Shown here: piece after piece, positions 17,057 to 26,248 of the stretch
Position numbering within the stretch: the first letter of the stretch is position 1
Layout: every line of letters starts with the position of its first letter
Assembly: GCA_016000045.1 (NCBI GenBank)
Contig: JAECQY010000003.1
Span: forward strand, 77,893 to 141,892
Reading direction: 5' to 3'
DNA: 64,000 nt
From: Myxococcaceae bacterium
GTDB lineage: Bacteria; Myxococcota; UBA727; JABDBI01
Translations under genes and position numbers: made by a program
Notes under the pieces: model-generated
The model's database searches: none
Seen by the model: the letters and a program-made list of their open reading frames with translations, nothing else
What the model was told of the DNA's origin: nothing

Positions 17057-18234
17057 GGGAGGAGTCGCAGACTAGTAAATCGGTTCAAAATGTCAATCTG
17101 TCGTTGAATGAAAAGATTCGCCACCGTATTTCCGGTCACGCTCAAAAAAGTAGCCATGGGATCGATTAAAAGGCTAATGGCCACGATGGACATCAAGGCT
17201 TCTTGAGGAAAACCATAGACGCTCAAAATGAACAGTTCTCCGATCGAACCTCCACCCGGAATGGCACCCATCACACATCCCACCAAGACGGACACCCCGA
17301 CAGCACTCATGAAAACAGGCCAGCTCGCCAAGTCCTGATGATAGAACGAAAATAAAAACGCAATTTTACACATTCCTCCCATCACAGAACCTTGTTTGAA
17401 TAAAATCGCTCCAATGGGGGTACTCACTTCGTAAATGGACTTTGGAATCTGGAGTCTCTCAGCCGCTTTTAGATTGGCAGGAATGCTCGCAATGCTGCTA
17501 CACGTCGCCACCGAAGTGAGCGACGGCAGTACCAGTGCCGGAAACAAGGAACGGCCTACCAGACAAAAAGCAAATCCAAAAAGAACCAGGGCCCAAATTC
17601 CGCCCCAAAGATGGTAAATGACAAGAATTTCAAGATATTTTGAAATCGCCTCACCCCCCATTTGGCCGACCAAAGAAGCAAAAAAGGCCAAAAAGCCCAG
17701 CGGTGCGAATTTCATCACCCGATCGAACATGCGCATCAACAACTTCTCAGCCACAGCAAAGCAGTCTTGGCATTTCTGATCCTCTCGAGCGGCTAGACCC
17801 GTCAAAATAGAAAAAAGAATCAAAGCTAGGATATTCTTCGTGGCAAAAAGTTCGGTCCAATTCGTTACCGAAAAGAAGTTCTTAACGATGAAAAATAGAT
17901 CGATTTCTGCCAATACCGGCGCCTGAAGTGAGCTTTGGGCACTCGGATTCCCATGGAATAAGCCAATCAACACAAGACCCGTTGCCAAAGCAACCATCCA
18001 ACTCAAAAAGCCGTAGACAAGACCCATCGCCATGAAAAGATTTCGAGATTGCTGCCGATGACCGAGCTTCGAAATTGCCCCTGATATCGAGAAAAATACC
18101 AACGGCAAAACCGTCACCAAAAGCAAATTGATAAACGCATCGCCCAGCGGTGCCAACGAGCGGCCGAAAGCCGGAAATTGCATACCAAGCATCCCACCCA
18201 ACACGATGGACACGATTAAAATAACCTGAGTCAT
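17053..18234 (-). CDS. Dicarboxylate/amino acid:cation symporter family transporter
   Basis: A 393-aa polytopic protein with an ATCSSIASIP motif resembling the SSxxTLP motif of the DAACS/SDF family. Confidence 0.7.
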   Translation of the reverse strand: MTQVILIVSIVLGGMLGMQFPAFGRSLAPLGDAFINLLLVTVLPLVFFSISGAISKLGHRQQSRNLFMAMGLVYGFLSWMVALATGLVLIGLFHGNPSAQSSLQAPVLAEIDLFFIVKNFFSVTNWTELFATKNILALILFSILTGLAAREDQKCQDCFAVAEKLLMRMFDRVMKFAPLGFLAFFASLVGQMGGEAISKYLEILVIYHLWGGIWALVLFGFAFCLVGRSLFPALVLPSLTSVATCSSIASIPANLKAAERLQIPKSIYEVSTPIGAILFKQGSVMGGMCKIAFLFSFYHQDLASWPVFMSAVGVSVLVGCVMGAIPGGGSIGELFILSVYGFPQEALMSIVAISLLIDPMATFLSVTGNTVANLFIQRQIDILNRFTSLRLLP

Positions 18235-18238
18235 TCAC

Positions 18239-19000
18239 TTATCCCAACAACGAAGAGCCAGTTTCGATACTGCTTCGGATGAAATCGTCTATCATGTTTT
18301 GATACAAAGGGAAATTATGGCGAGTTTGCTCGATATGGCCTTGGACTCCAAAGATCCATTGATCGGGGCCTGCCCATTCGACGATTTCCACCAAACCATC
18401 TTCCGCCCAAGCACTCGCTCTCAAGCTGCTTGCCAAGTCTTTGATTCCTTGATGGTGTCGAGAAGACAGGTAGTAGCTCTGCGTCTTAAAGAAATTAAAC
18501 GTCCTAGACTGAGAATCAATTCGTATAAAATGCCCTTCGGCCCAACCATCTGGCCCTGACTCGTGCAACACCTTGGATTTTGGCAGCTCCTCGTAAAGCG
18601 TCCCCCCTTCTGCGACGTTGATGAGTTGCAGACCTCGGCAAATCCCCAAAATCGGGATTCGCTTCTTTTTCGCAGCTTGATACAGTTCGATTTCAAAATC
18701 ATCGCGCCTTCGATTAGGAGCGTAATCCAGCGGCCGCTTCCAAGGCATGTTGCAACCCGCACGATAAACAACCCGGGGCTTCGGTTGATACAATCGAGCA
18801 TCCAAGTCTTGGCCTCCTATAATCAACAAACCCTCTAAAATCTTCATCACCTCGGGATCTTGCGTCAGCAAAACAGGAATGCCCCCAGCGGAAGCAATCA
18901 AATCCACGTAACTCTGCGCAAGCATCACCAGCGGCTTTTCGAGAATGGTTGAAACGGTGGTAATACCAATGATGGGTTTTCTCGCAGCGGTCATGGTCAA
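18239..19000 (-). CDS. Class I glutamine amidotransferase-like, peptidase C26 / gamma-glutamyl-GABA hydrolase family
   Basis: Carries the GICRGLQLINVAEGG nucleophile elbow and a downstream His (VQGHIE), typical of PuuD-like C26 proteins. Confidence 0.75.
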   Translation of the reverse strand: MTMTAARKPIIGITTVSTILEKPLVMLAQSYVDLIASAGGIPVLLTQDPEVMKILEGLLIIGGQDLDARLYQPKPRVVYRAGCNMPWKRPLDYAPNRRRDDFEIELYQAAKKKRIPILGICRGLQLINVAEGGTLYEELPKSKVLHESGPDGWAEGHFIRIDSQSRTFNFFKTQSYYLSSRHHQGIKDLASSLRASAWAEDGLVEIVEWAGPDQWIFGVQGHIEQTRHNFPLYQNMIDDFIRSSIETGSSLLG

Positions 19001-19029
19001 AATCCTCTAAGCACGATACAGTTTACAGC

Positions 19030-19443
19030 ATGGCAATTCAATTGAACTCTTCCTCATCTGGAAATTATCACCCCATGAGCGAGATCAATGTAACGCCATT
19101 GGTTGATGTCATGTTGGTTTTGCTGGTTATTTTTATGGTTACGGCTCCCATGATGACCTCGGGTCTTGATTTACAGCTCCCGGAAGCCACCGCTCATGAA
19201 ATTGCTGGAGCGGATCAAAAACCCACTTTAAGCCTCACTCAGGATCGAAGAATTTTTTTAGGGGAACAAGAAATCACCTTAGATCAGGTCGCAGATACCC
19301 TCAAAAAGTCCAAAGAGATCCTCCTGCACGCGGATCGAAAGCTTCCTTATGGATACGTCGTCAAAATCATGGGAGCGTTGAAAGCAAACGGAGTCGATAA
19401 CATCAGTTTGGTAACCGAAGCAGCCGGAGATGAGCTTGAGTAG
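19030..19443 (+). CDS. tolR: Biopolymer transport protein ExbD/TolR
   Basis: Has the [20 protein letters not shown] signature. The gene lies directly upstream of the tolA-like and tolB genes. Confidence 0.8.
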   Translation: MAIQLNSSSSGNYHPMSEINVTPLVDVMLVLLVIFMVTAPMMTSGLDLQLPEATAHEIAGADQKPTLSLTQDRRIFLGEQEITLDQVADTLKKSKEILLHADRKLPYGYVVKIMGALKANGVDNISLVTEAAGDELE

Positions 19444-20092
19444 ATTTGGGCTGGCGATTGCTGGAAGCTTAGTCCTGCATGGGCTCTTCGTTGCTTTTTA
19501 CCTCTTGGATGCCTGTAAACCTACGATTAGGCTGGACTCTGCAAACATTCAGGTTCGCTTAACACGCCTGGGGACTCCTCGCGATGAGAAGTTACTGCCT
19601 CGCTTGGATGCTTCAGAATATCAACCGCCAGCTCCTCAAGCTATCCCAAAACCCAAAGAGGCCAAGCAGGCGGTCAAGCCCATGGATCCAAAACCGAGCC
19701 ATCCATTGGATCTTCTTAAAAAGCGTTTTGGAAAACCAAGCACGGAAGGCCAAAAAGAAGGCAGCAGCTTAGGAACTTCACTGTCCCGTGAGATTGCCCA
19801 TTCTTACGAACTGCAAGTCTCTGAAATTTTACGTGAGAGCTATGAAATTCCGCGTGTGATCTCAGAGCGAGAAGCTCGAACCCTGAAACTTTTCGTACGC
19901 CTTTGGATTGCTCCCACCGGACACCTGATCCGCATCCGCGTTGAAAAAGCGTCCCGAAACAGGCGCTTTGATCAAGCTGTATTAGAAGCCAGCGAAAACA
20001 TTCACAGCTTTGGCCCCCCTCCTCTCACGCTGGCTCGCCAGTACCAAACCCAGGGTCTTTTGATCCAATTTTGCCCCATGGAGTGTTCATGA
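19430..20092 (+). CDS. TolA/TonB-family energy transducer-like protein
   Basis: Has an N-terminal TM anchor, a Pro/Lys-rich spacer (QPPAPQAIPKPKEAKQAVKP) and a small C-terminal domain. It sits between tolR and tolB. Confidence 0.6.
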   Translation: MSLSRFGLAIAGSLVLHGLFVAFYLLDACKPTIRLDSANIQVRLTRLGTPRDEKLLPRLDASEYQPPAPQAIPKPKEAKQAVKPMDPKPSHPLDLLKKRFGKPSTEGQKEGSSLGTSLSREIAHSYELQVSEILRESYEIPRVISEREARTLKLFVRLWIAPTGHLIRIRVEKASRNRRFDQAVLEASENIHSFGPPPLTLARQYQTQGLLIQFCPMECS

Positions 20093-21210
20093 TTCGAATC
20101 AGCCTTTTTGTACTTTGTGCTTTTTGGACTTTTGCCCACATTAAGGTCGAACAAGCGCGTTTTCGGCCCTTTCAGATCTCCATCACAGGCCAAGCCGAAC
20201 TCTGCCCGATCATTCTGGAAGACTTGGAACTTTCAGGGGTCTTCAAATCTGCTCAGCCCTCTTCAGCAGAAGCCCAAATTGAAATTTCTTCTGACCCGCA
20301 AAGCATCCGGGTGAAAGCTCAAAACAAGCTTTTTCGCTATCAATCCCCAGCCTCACGCCAACTAGCTCACCGGATTGCTTCCGATCTCTATAAGCTCTTC
20401 ACCGGGGAGCCTGCTTTTTTTAATTCAAAAATCGTTGCCTCCAATGAGAAAAAACAGATTATCTTGTTAGACTTTGACGGAGAAAATCCGAAACCCATCA
20501 CCACCCACCCAAGCATAAATATCTTGCCCATTTTCTCGCCAAACGGCCAAGAAATTGCATTCACCAGCTACGCCCGAAACAATCCAGACCTTTACAGCAT
20601 CCGCACCGACCGCAGCCATTTAAGAATCCTCTCAAATCGCCCTGGAATCAACTCGGGGGCTTCATTTTCTCCCAACGAACAAGAGATCGCGACGACTCTC
20701 TCATACGAAGGAAAAAGCGACATCTATTTGATGGACACCCAAGGACAAAATCTCCGGAAATTAACTTCGGGATTCTCCATCAATACCTCTCCTTCCTTCA
20801 GCCCGGATGGCAAACAAATTGCTTTTGTTTCCAATCGATCGGGTAACCCGCAAATCTACACCATGCATCAAGACGGCTCGCATATCAAAAGAATCACCTG
20901 GCAAGGAAAATACAACCAATCACCCAAGTGGAGTCCTTTGGGCGATCAGATTGTCTTTACGGGACGCGATGAGCAAAAAAACTTCGATGTCTTTCTGGTC
21001 AACGTTCAAAGCGGTCGAGTGACTCGTGTCACCCAGGATCAGGGTCGAAATGACGAGGCATCGTTTGCTCCCAATGGACGGATGCTCGTATTCGCTTCCA
21101 CCAGAAATGGTGGACGTGACTTGTTTATTTCAAATCTGGATGGCACATTCCAAAAGCAAATCACACGAGGCGTCCAGTACTGGACACCTTCTTGGGGGCC
21201 AAACCTGTAG
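20071..21210 (+). CDS. tolB: Tol-Pal system beta-propeller protein TolB
   Basis: Shows repeated PD40-type blades (FSPNGQEIAFTS, FSPDGKQIAFVSNRSG, WSPLGDQIVF, FAPNGRMLVFAS). The probable start is MIRISLF at 20089. Confidence 0.85.
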   Translation: MPHGVFMIRISLFVLCAFWTFAHIKVEQARFRPFQISITGQAELCPIILEDLELSGVFKSAQPSSAEAQIEISSDPQSIRVKAQNKLFRYQSPASRQLAHRIASDLYKLFTGEPAFFNSKIVASNEKKQIILLDFDGENPKPITTHPSINILPIFSPNGQEIAFTSYARNNPDLYSIRTDRSHLRILSNRPGINSGASFSPNEQEIATTLSYEGKSDIYLMDTQGQNLRKLTSGFSINTSPSFSPDGKQIAFVSNRSGNPQIYTMHQDGSHIKRITWQGKYNQSPKWSPLGDQIVFTGRDEQKNFDVFLVNVQSGRVTRVTQDQGRNDEASFAPNGRMLVFASTRNGGRDLFISNLDGTFQKQITRGVQYWTPSWGPNL

Positions 21211-21218
21211 GGACCTGA

Positions 21219-21881
21219 ATGGTACACGCTTTATTTAATCAAATTGCGCCAAAATACGATCTTTTAAACCGTCTCCTCTCTTTTGGTCAGGATCAACTTT
21301 GGAGGAAAAAAGTTGCTTCCTTGCTTCCTGAGTCTTCGAATTTACACATTCTGGACGTTGCCACAGGAACGGCCGACTTAGCCATTCAGTTTTTTTCTCA
21401 GAATCACCCAGCGGCTCAAGTCATTGGAATCGATATGGCCGAGCAAATGCTTCGATTTGGCCAAAGCAAAATTGAACGCCTAGGGCTTTCCGAGCAAATT
21501 CATCTTGAGCCAGGAGACGCACAAAACCTTCGCTTTGAAGATCATACTTTCGACGTCGTCACCAGCGCATTTGGCTTGCGCAACATGCCAAATCGAGAGC
21601 AAGCACTCGCCGAGATGATGCGCGTTTTGAAGCCCAACGGTCGTCTCATCGTTCTTGAATTCTCTCTTCCCCCCAACGCTTTGATTCGCCTCTTCTACCT
21701 CTTCTATTTTCGCCATATCCTTCCTTATATGGGTGGGCTCATTTCCGGAGACTACCAAGCGTATCGATACCTCAACCGGTCGGTTGAAGAGTTTTCAGAA
21801 AAAGTTTTTCACAAGATGCGACGAATTCCGCTCTGCTTTGGAGTGGCAACCATCTATGTCACTGATAAACTGGCTTCGTGA
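21219..21881 (+). CDS. ubiE: Demethylmenaquinone/ubiquinone C-methyltransferase UbiE/MenG
   Basis: N-terminus FNQIAPKYDLLNRLLSFGQDQLWR, SAM motif LDVATGTAD, and a C-terminal YRYLNRSVEEF. Confidence 0.9.
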   Translation: MVHALFNQIAPKYDLLNRLLSFGQDQLWRKKVASLLPESSNLHILDVATGTADLAIQFFSQNHPAAQVIGIDMAEQMLRFGQSKIERLGLSEQIHLEPGDAQNLRFEDHTFDVVTSAFGLRNMPNREQALAEMMRVLKPNGRLIVLEFSLPPNALIRLFYLFYFRHILPYMGGLISGDYQAYRYLNRSVEEFSEKVFHKMRRIPLCFGVATIYVTDKLAS

Positions 21882-22914
21882 CAAGCCAACGCCTCGTTTC
21901 TACCTTGGCTCACGAGCAGGGTATGGGATTCGTTTTGAAAGCGATCAGCCGGTCTTAGGATCTTTTGGCTTGCTTCGATTTGATTCAACCAAAGGCTCTG
22001 ATGCGGATTGGGAACCTTTTGGCAATTCACGTTTCATGGTTCCCATCGAGGTCCAAACTGCGAATCCAGTTCGATCGAACCGAAGGTCCATCGCGAAGCC
22101 TCACCAGAATCCAGCCACTTCGATCGAGTCCGATTGGGAGCAACCTTTTCAAGAAGCCTATGAACTCTTAAAAAATCAATCCCTTCGCAAACTCGTTTTA
22201 GCTCGCAAAAGAATCTACTCTCTGAGCAGTGAGCCAAATCCATTGGATTTGTTGCAAGGTCTCATCGAAGCCTTTCCCACGTGCACGCCCTACTATTTCG
22301 AACCCCAGCCTGGAATCGTCTTTCTAGGCAGCTCTCCAGAGCAACTTTACCGGCGTCAATCTCAAAATTTTTACACCGAAGCTCAAGCGGGAAGCATGCC
22401 ACGAGGACTCTCACTCGAAGAAGATCAACAAAATCAACAGATTCTTGAAACCAACGACCGATTCATTCATGAACACGAAATCGTCGTGAACAACATTCTT
22501 CTTAGCCTTCAAAGCCTCTGCTTAGATTACCGGATCACTCTGAGGCGCGAAGTGGTCAAACTTCCCAACATCATGCACCTTCGAACTCAGTTCCAAGGAG
22601 TATTAGCTCCATCGATCACCGATGAACATATTTTAACCGCTCTGCATCCAACCGCTGCTGTTTGCGGATGGCCGATTGTTGAGAGTCGAAAATCCATTTC
22701 CCAGATAGAGTCCTTTGATCGTGGATTTTATGCCGGTACAATGGGTTATATCGGTCCTATGGAAAGTGAGTTCTATGTTGCCATACGAGGAGCGCTACTT
22801 CACTTTCCGAATTTAAGCGCTTTTGCAGGAGCGGGTCTGGTTCCAGGCTCGATTTCAAATCTGGAATCGAATGAAATTAGCCATAAAATGTCATTTTGGG
22901 AAAAACTACTATGA
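21856..22914 (+). CDS. menF: Isochorismate synthase (MenF-type)
   Basis: Has chorismate-binding C-terminal motifs (LHPTAAVCGWP, FDRGFYAGTMGY, AGAGLVPGS). I placed the start at the internal Met (MSLINW) to avoid a 150-nt overlap with ubiE. Confidence 0.8.
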   Translation: MSLINWLRDKPTPRFYLGSRAGYGIRFESDQPVLGSFGLLRFDSTKGSDADWEPFGNSRFMVPIEVQTANPVRSNRRSIAKPHQNPATSIESDWEQPFQEAYELLKNQSLRKLVLARKRIYSLSSEPNPLDLLQGLIEAFPTCTPYYFEPQPGIVFLGSSPEQLYRRQSQNFYTEAQAGSMPRGLSLEEDQQNQQILETNDRFIHEHEIVVNNILLSLQSLCLDYRITLRREVVKLPNIMHLRTQFQGVLAPSITDEHILTALHPTAAVCGWPIVESRKSISQIESFDRGFYAGTMGYIGPMESEFYVAIRGALLHFPNLSAFAGAGLVPGSISNLESNEISHKMSFWEKLL

Positions 22915-24329
22915 GCTCATCCTATTTCTCACCGATTTCACCCTCAATCCTGCAACACATACGAGATCCCCAAAGCCTTGTTCGAGATCCAAGCCAAGAG
23001 ATTTATACCAATCGAAGCCTGGATCTCAGTTCCATCGAAGCCATTGGCTTTGATATGGACTATACTCTCGTCAACTATCACAAGAAACCCATGGAACAGC
23101 TCCAGTACGAGATGACCCTTGAGTATCTCGTAAAGACATTGGGCTATCCAGCGGATCTGTATCAACTTCAGTACGATCCGAATCTAAGTATTCGAGGATT
23201 GGTGGTCGATAAGCGTTATGGCCTTCTTTTAAAAATGGATATGCATGGGCAAGTTTGGAGAGCCAAGCACGGTTATCGAGCGCTCGCCAGCGAAGAAATC
23301 AAGGATCTCTATCAAAATCATAAGATCAAAATCACTTCAGACTTCGCTTCGCTCGACACCTTATTTGCGATGCCCGAGGCCTCCTTGTACTGCGATCTCG
23401 TCCATTTTTTTCGTCATCAATCTCCGAATTTCGCTCAAATTTTCGAAGATATTCGACACTCGATCGATACGATTCACTCAAATGGTTCGCTCAAATCCAT
23501 CATTCGAAAAGATTTGCCTCGCTTCATCGAAACACACAACGATATTGCTCTCACGCTTCATAAACTACGTTCATCGGGTAAAAAGCTCTTTCTATTAACC
23601 AACAGTCACTTCGACTACACCGAAACCGTGATGAGCTATTTGTTGGGAAACTGGATGCCCTATTTTGATTACGTCATCACAGACAGTCGAAAGCCTGCTT
23701 TCTTTACGGAAGGAGCTCCTTTTAAAAAAATATCTGAGAAGTCTTCGCATCCTATCTATGAAGGTGGCAATATTGCTGAATTTGAAGAAATGGCCGGCCT
23801 AGTCGGTGGGAAGGTTCTTTACGTAGGCGATCACATCTACGGAGACATTGTGCGAAGCCGCAAAGAAACTCTTTGGAGAACTTGCCTGATCGTCGAAGAG
23901 CTTCCACGAGAAATTGAATTATCAATGCGTTTCACACCTGAACTCGATCAACTCAGACAGATTGATCAAGAACGCATCACCCTAGATAAGGAAATTGGCC
24001 TTCATCGGGCTCTACTCGCCTATTTGGATTCCACCGGACTTCAGGCAGAGGCCGTTCGACTGCGGAATGAAATGGAGGCCGCCAAAAAACACCTGGGGAG
24101 CCTTGATCGCAAAATGGATCTCGTCCAAGACGACCTTGAAAGGCGATTTCATCCATTTTGGGGCGAACTCTTCTACGAACACCACGACTTAAGCCGCTTT
24201 GGTTCTCAGGTAAAAGCTTATGCTTGCATCTACACTTCTCGTATTACCAATTTCCTCCCTTACAGCCCCATGCATCATTTCCGAAAGCGAGCCGAGTTGA
24301 TGAGTCACGATCTGCCATTTCGATTCTAG
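22896..24329 (+). CDS. HAD-IG family 5-prime-nucleotidase (cN-II-like)
   Basis: IYTNRSLDLSSIEAIGFDMDYTLVNY matches the 5_nucleotid family N-terminus with the DMDYT HAD motif I. GDHIYGDI is HAD motif III-like. Confidence 0.8.
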   Translation: MGKTTMSSSYFSPISPSILQHIRDPQSLVRDPSQEIYTNRSLDLSSIEAIGFDMDYTLVNYHKKPMEQLQYEMTLEYLVKTLGYPADLYQLQYDPNLSIRGLVVDKRYGLLLKMDMHGQVWRAKHGYRALASEEIKDLYQNHKIKITSDFASLDTLFAMPEASLYCDLVHFFRHQSPNFAQIFEDIRHSIDTIHSNGSLKSIIRKDLPRFIETHNDIALTLHKLRSSGKKLFLLTNSHFDYTETVMSYLLGNWMPYFDYVITDSRKPAFFTEGAPFKKISEKSSHPIYEGGNIAEFEEMAGLVGGKVLYVGDHIYGDIVRSRKETLWRTCLIVEELPREIELSMRFTPELDQLRQIDQERITLDKEIGLHRALLAYLDSTGLQAEAVRLRNEMEAAKKHLGSLDRKMDLVQDDLERRFHPFWGELFYEHHDLSRFGSQVKAYACIYTSRITNFLPYSPMHHFRKRAELMSHDLPFRF

Positions 24330-24482
24330 CGAAATATTGAATCGAACCCTTAACATGGAACACATTTTCGATGGGCAAAGTTTTTGAACAGCTTCAGATC
24401 TTGTTCTCGGGCAAATTGAGGAGCTTGAGAAGGACTAGAATAGACTTTTTGCCTAGCTAGAACGTCGTCATTACTTCGTCGG

Positions 24483-25100
24483 CTAGGCCTCCTCGCAATT
24501 GTAGATGTCAAGTAATTCGTTGACAAGAGTTGGCAAATTCCCCTGGGGTCTCTTCCCTGCTAATCCCTGATGAGGACGCAACTTGTTGTAGTATAATAAG
24601 TACTTAAAAAGCTCTTTTTTTAAAGAATCAATGGATTCAAAATAGGTTCCTTCAATCAGGTCCTCATTCAACGTCTTCCAAAAGCGCTCTACTTTACCGT
24701 TCGTCTGCGGGCGGTAGGGTCTCGTGTAACGATGTTTGATGCCCAATTCCATTAACAATCTTTCAAAAGGATGGTTCTTCTTGCTAGCCGATTTTTGGGG
24801 ACCAAACTCAGGACTATTATCCGTGATGGCCTCAGCAAATCGAATATCAAAGCGGTCACCTATTTGGTTCAAGCAATGAAGGGTTGAAAACATGACCGAT
24901 AGCGCTGTGATGTCGTCCATAACCTCAGCCCAAGCCACTCGAGTACAACTGTCAACAACACAAACTAAATCGTAGCGTTTGGGGTCATTGACGACCGTGT
25001 CTTTAGATAAGTGATGGCAATCGATGTGCGCAAGCTCGCCCGCTTTTTCCTTGATGATTTTTCGTTTTTCTTCACGCATGGCAGGAGTTTTCCGATTCAT
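24483..25100 (-). pseudogene. IS481/IS3-type transposase fragment (integrase catalytic core only, N-terminal HTH missing)
   Basis: Has the rve core HIDCHHL...VVDSCTRVAW...DNSPEF...RPYRPQTNGKVERFWKTL. It lacks the ~100 aa normally preceding the core and abuts another IS at about 25140. Confidence 0.75.
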
Positions 25101-25139
25101 CGGATAGCGTTTTAATATTCCATAAATGCAACCAGGTGT

Positions 25140-25897
25140 TTAGTCCCTGGTTGTGATGGTTTGGTTGAGTCCTGAATGATTGTGGCAGATTTTGCCATGA
25201 TTTTAAATAAATTCGTAAGGAGTTAGCCCTTTTAGAGTTTTAAGGCGCTTTGCAAAATTACAGGGATTGAGAAAATCCCTGAGGTGCTGACTAAGCTGCT
25301 GATGTGTCTGATAGGGATACTTTTTCACTGTCGCTTCTTTAATGGTCCGATTCATCCGTTCTACCTGGCCATTGGTCCATGGGTGATTCACTTGTGTCAG
25401 ACGATGCTCAATGTCTTCTTGCTGGCAGATCCGATCAAAAATAGGCGTCAATGCCTATTTCTGATCTCCGCGGTTCGTAAACTGAGCACCATGGTCTGTT
25501 AAAAGGGTATGGATTTTATAAGGAACAACCTGCACAAGGCGCTTAAGAAACTCGGCAGCTTCTATTTTTCCATACTTTTCCAAGAGTTCAGCGTAGGCAA
25601 ACTTCGAGGTTCTATCAACCGCTACGAACCTATAAAGTTTACCTTCTTCTGTATGCACTTCCGTAATATCGATATGAAAATAGCCAATGGGATAATTTTT
25701 GAATTTCTCTTTCTTGTTTGGCTGCTCGACAGTGCTGGGCAGTCGACTAATCCCATGACGCTAGGCTCGTTTGACTATTTTATATCTCTCGGCACACTGC
25801 CTTTGTCGTTCGGGCGCATCCATGAAGTATTTGTCCAGTATTTTCTCCCAAGTTGCTTTTGGCACACCATAGATACCATCGCAGTCTGGGACTAAAC
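25140..25897 (-). mobile_element. Internally deleted IS481-family element with frameshifted transposase
   Basis: The transposase survives as fragments: YFHIDITEVH / EGKLYRFVAVDRTSKFAYAEL..VPYKIHTLLTDHG, and DIEHRLTQVNHPWTNGQVERMNRTIKEATV...LKTLKGLTPYEF. The ends carry the inverted 11-mer tgtttagtccc (25138-25148) / gggactaaaca (25888-25898). Confidence 0.7.
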
Positions 25898-26248
25898 ATC
25901 TAACAATCTCGGCTGTATAAAAACAGCAAATATTCAAAAAAAGCGAGGTTAAGTCAAATCAAATCTCTATTTTTCTCGATCCTCGAAGTGGAAATCGAGC
26001 CTTGTTGTCGCTCAACCATATCTGAGCCATCTGCGGGCTTATTCTGAGGCCTTGGATGTATCGGGCTCTTGAAACTGATCATAAGACGGAACGGAACTCG
26101 ACGCTTTGCTTGCTGATGAGAAGGTTTGTAGGATTCAAGAAGCTTACTTTCGAGCCCAACAAATCCAGATTAAAAAACAAGGATTGCAATTCAAATTTTA
26201 AAGGAATAGTGAGGATTTTGACTGAAATGTAGTCCATAGGAGTTCGAA

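Noticed and set aside
21733-21855. N-terminal extension of menF overlapping ubiE by 150 nt. Similar extensions affect coaD (46026-46190), tfoX-like (42462-42641), cydB (39061-39111), thiM (37714-37782) and xseA (41870-41974).
   Set aside because: The extensions have no homology to the respective families. Internal start codons give canonical protein lengths and N-termini.
25509-25895. A 128-aa plus-strand ORF inside the IS481-like element.
   Set aside because: It is antisense to recognisable transposase fragments and has no family features.
25898-26200. A search for the missing N-terminal (HTH) half of the 24483-25100 transposase beyond the nested IS.
   Set aside because: Minus-strand translations there are short, stop-interrupted and not recognisably HTH or IS481-like.
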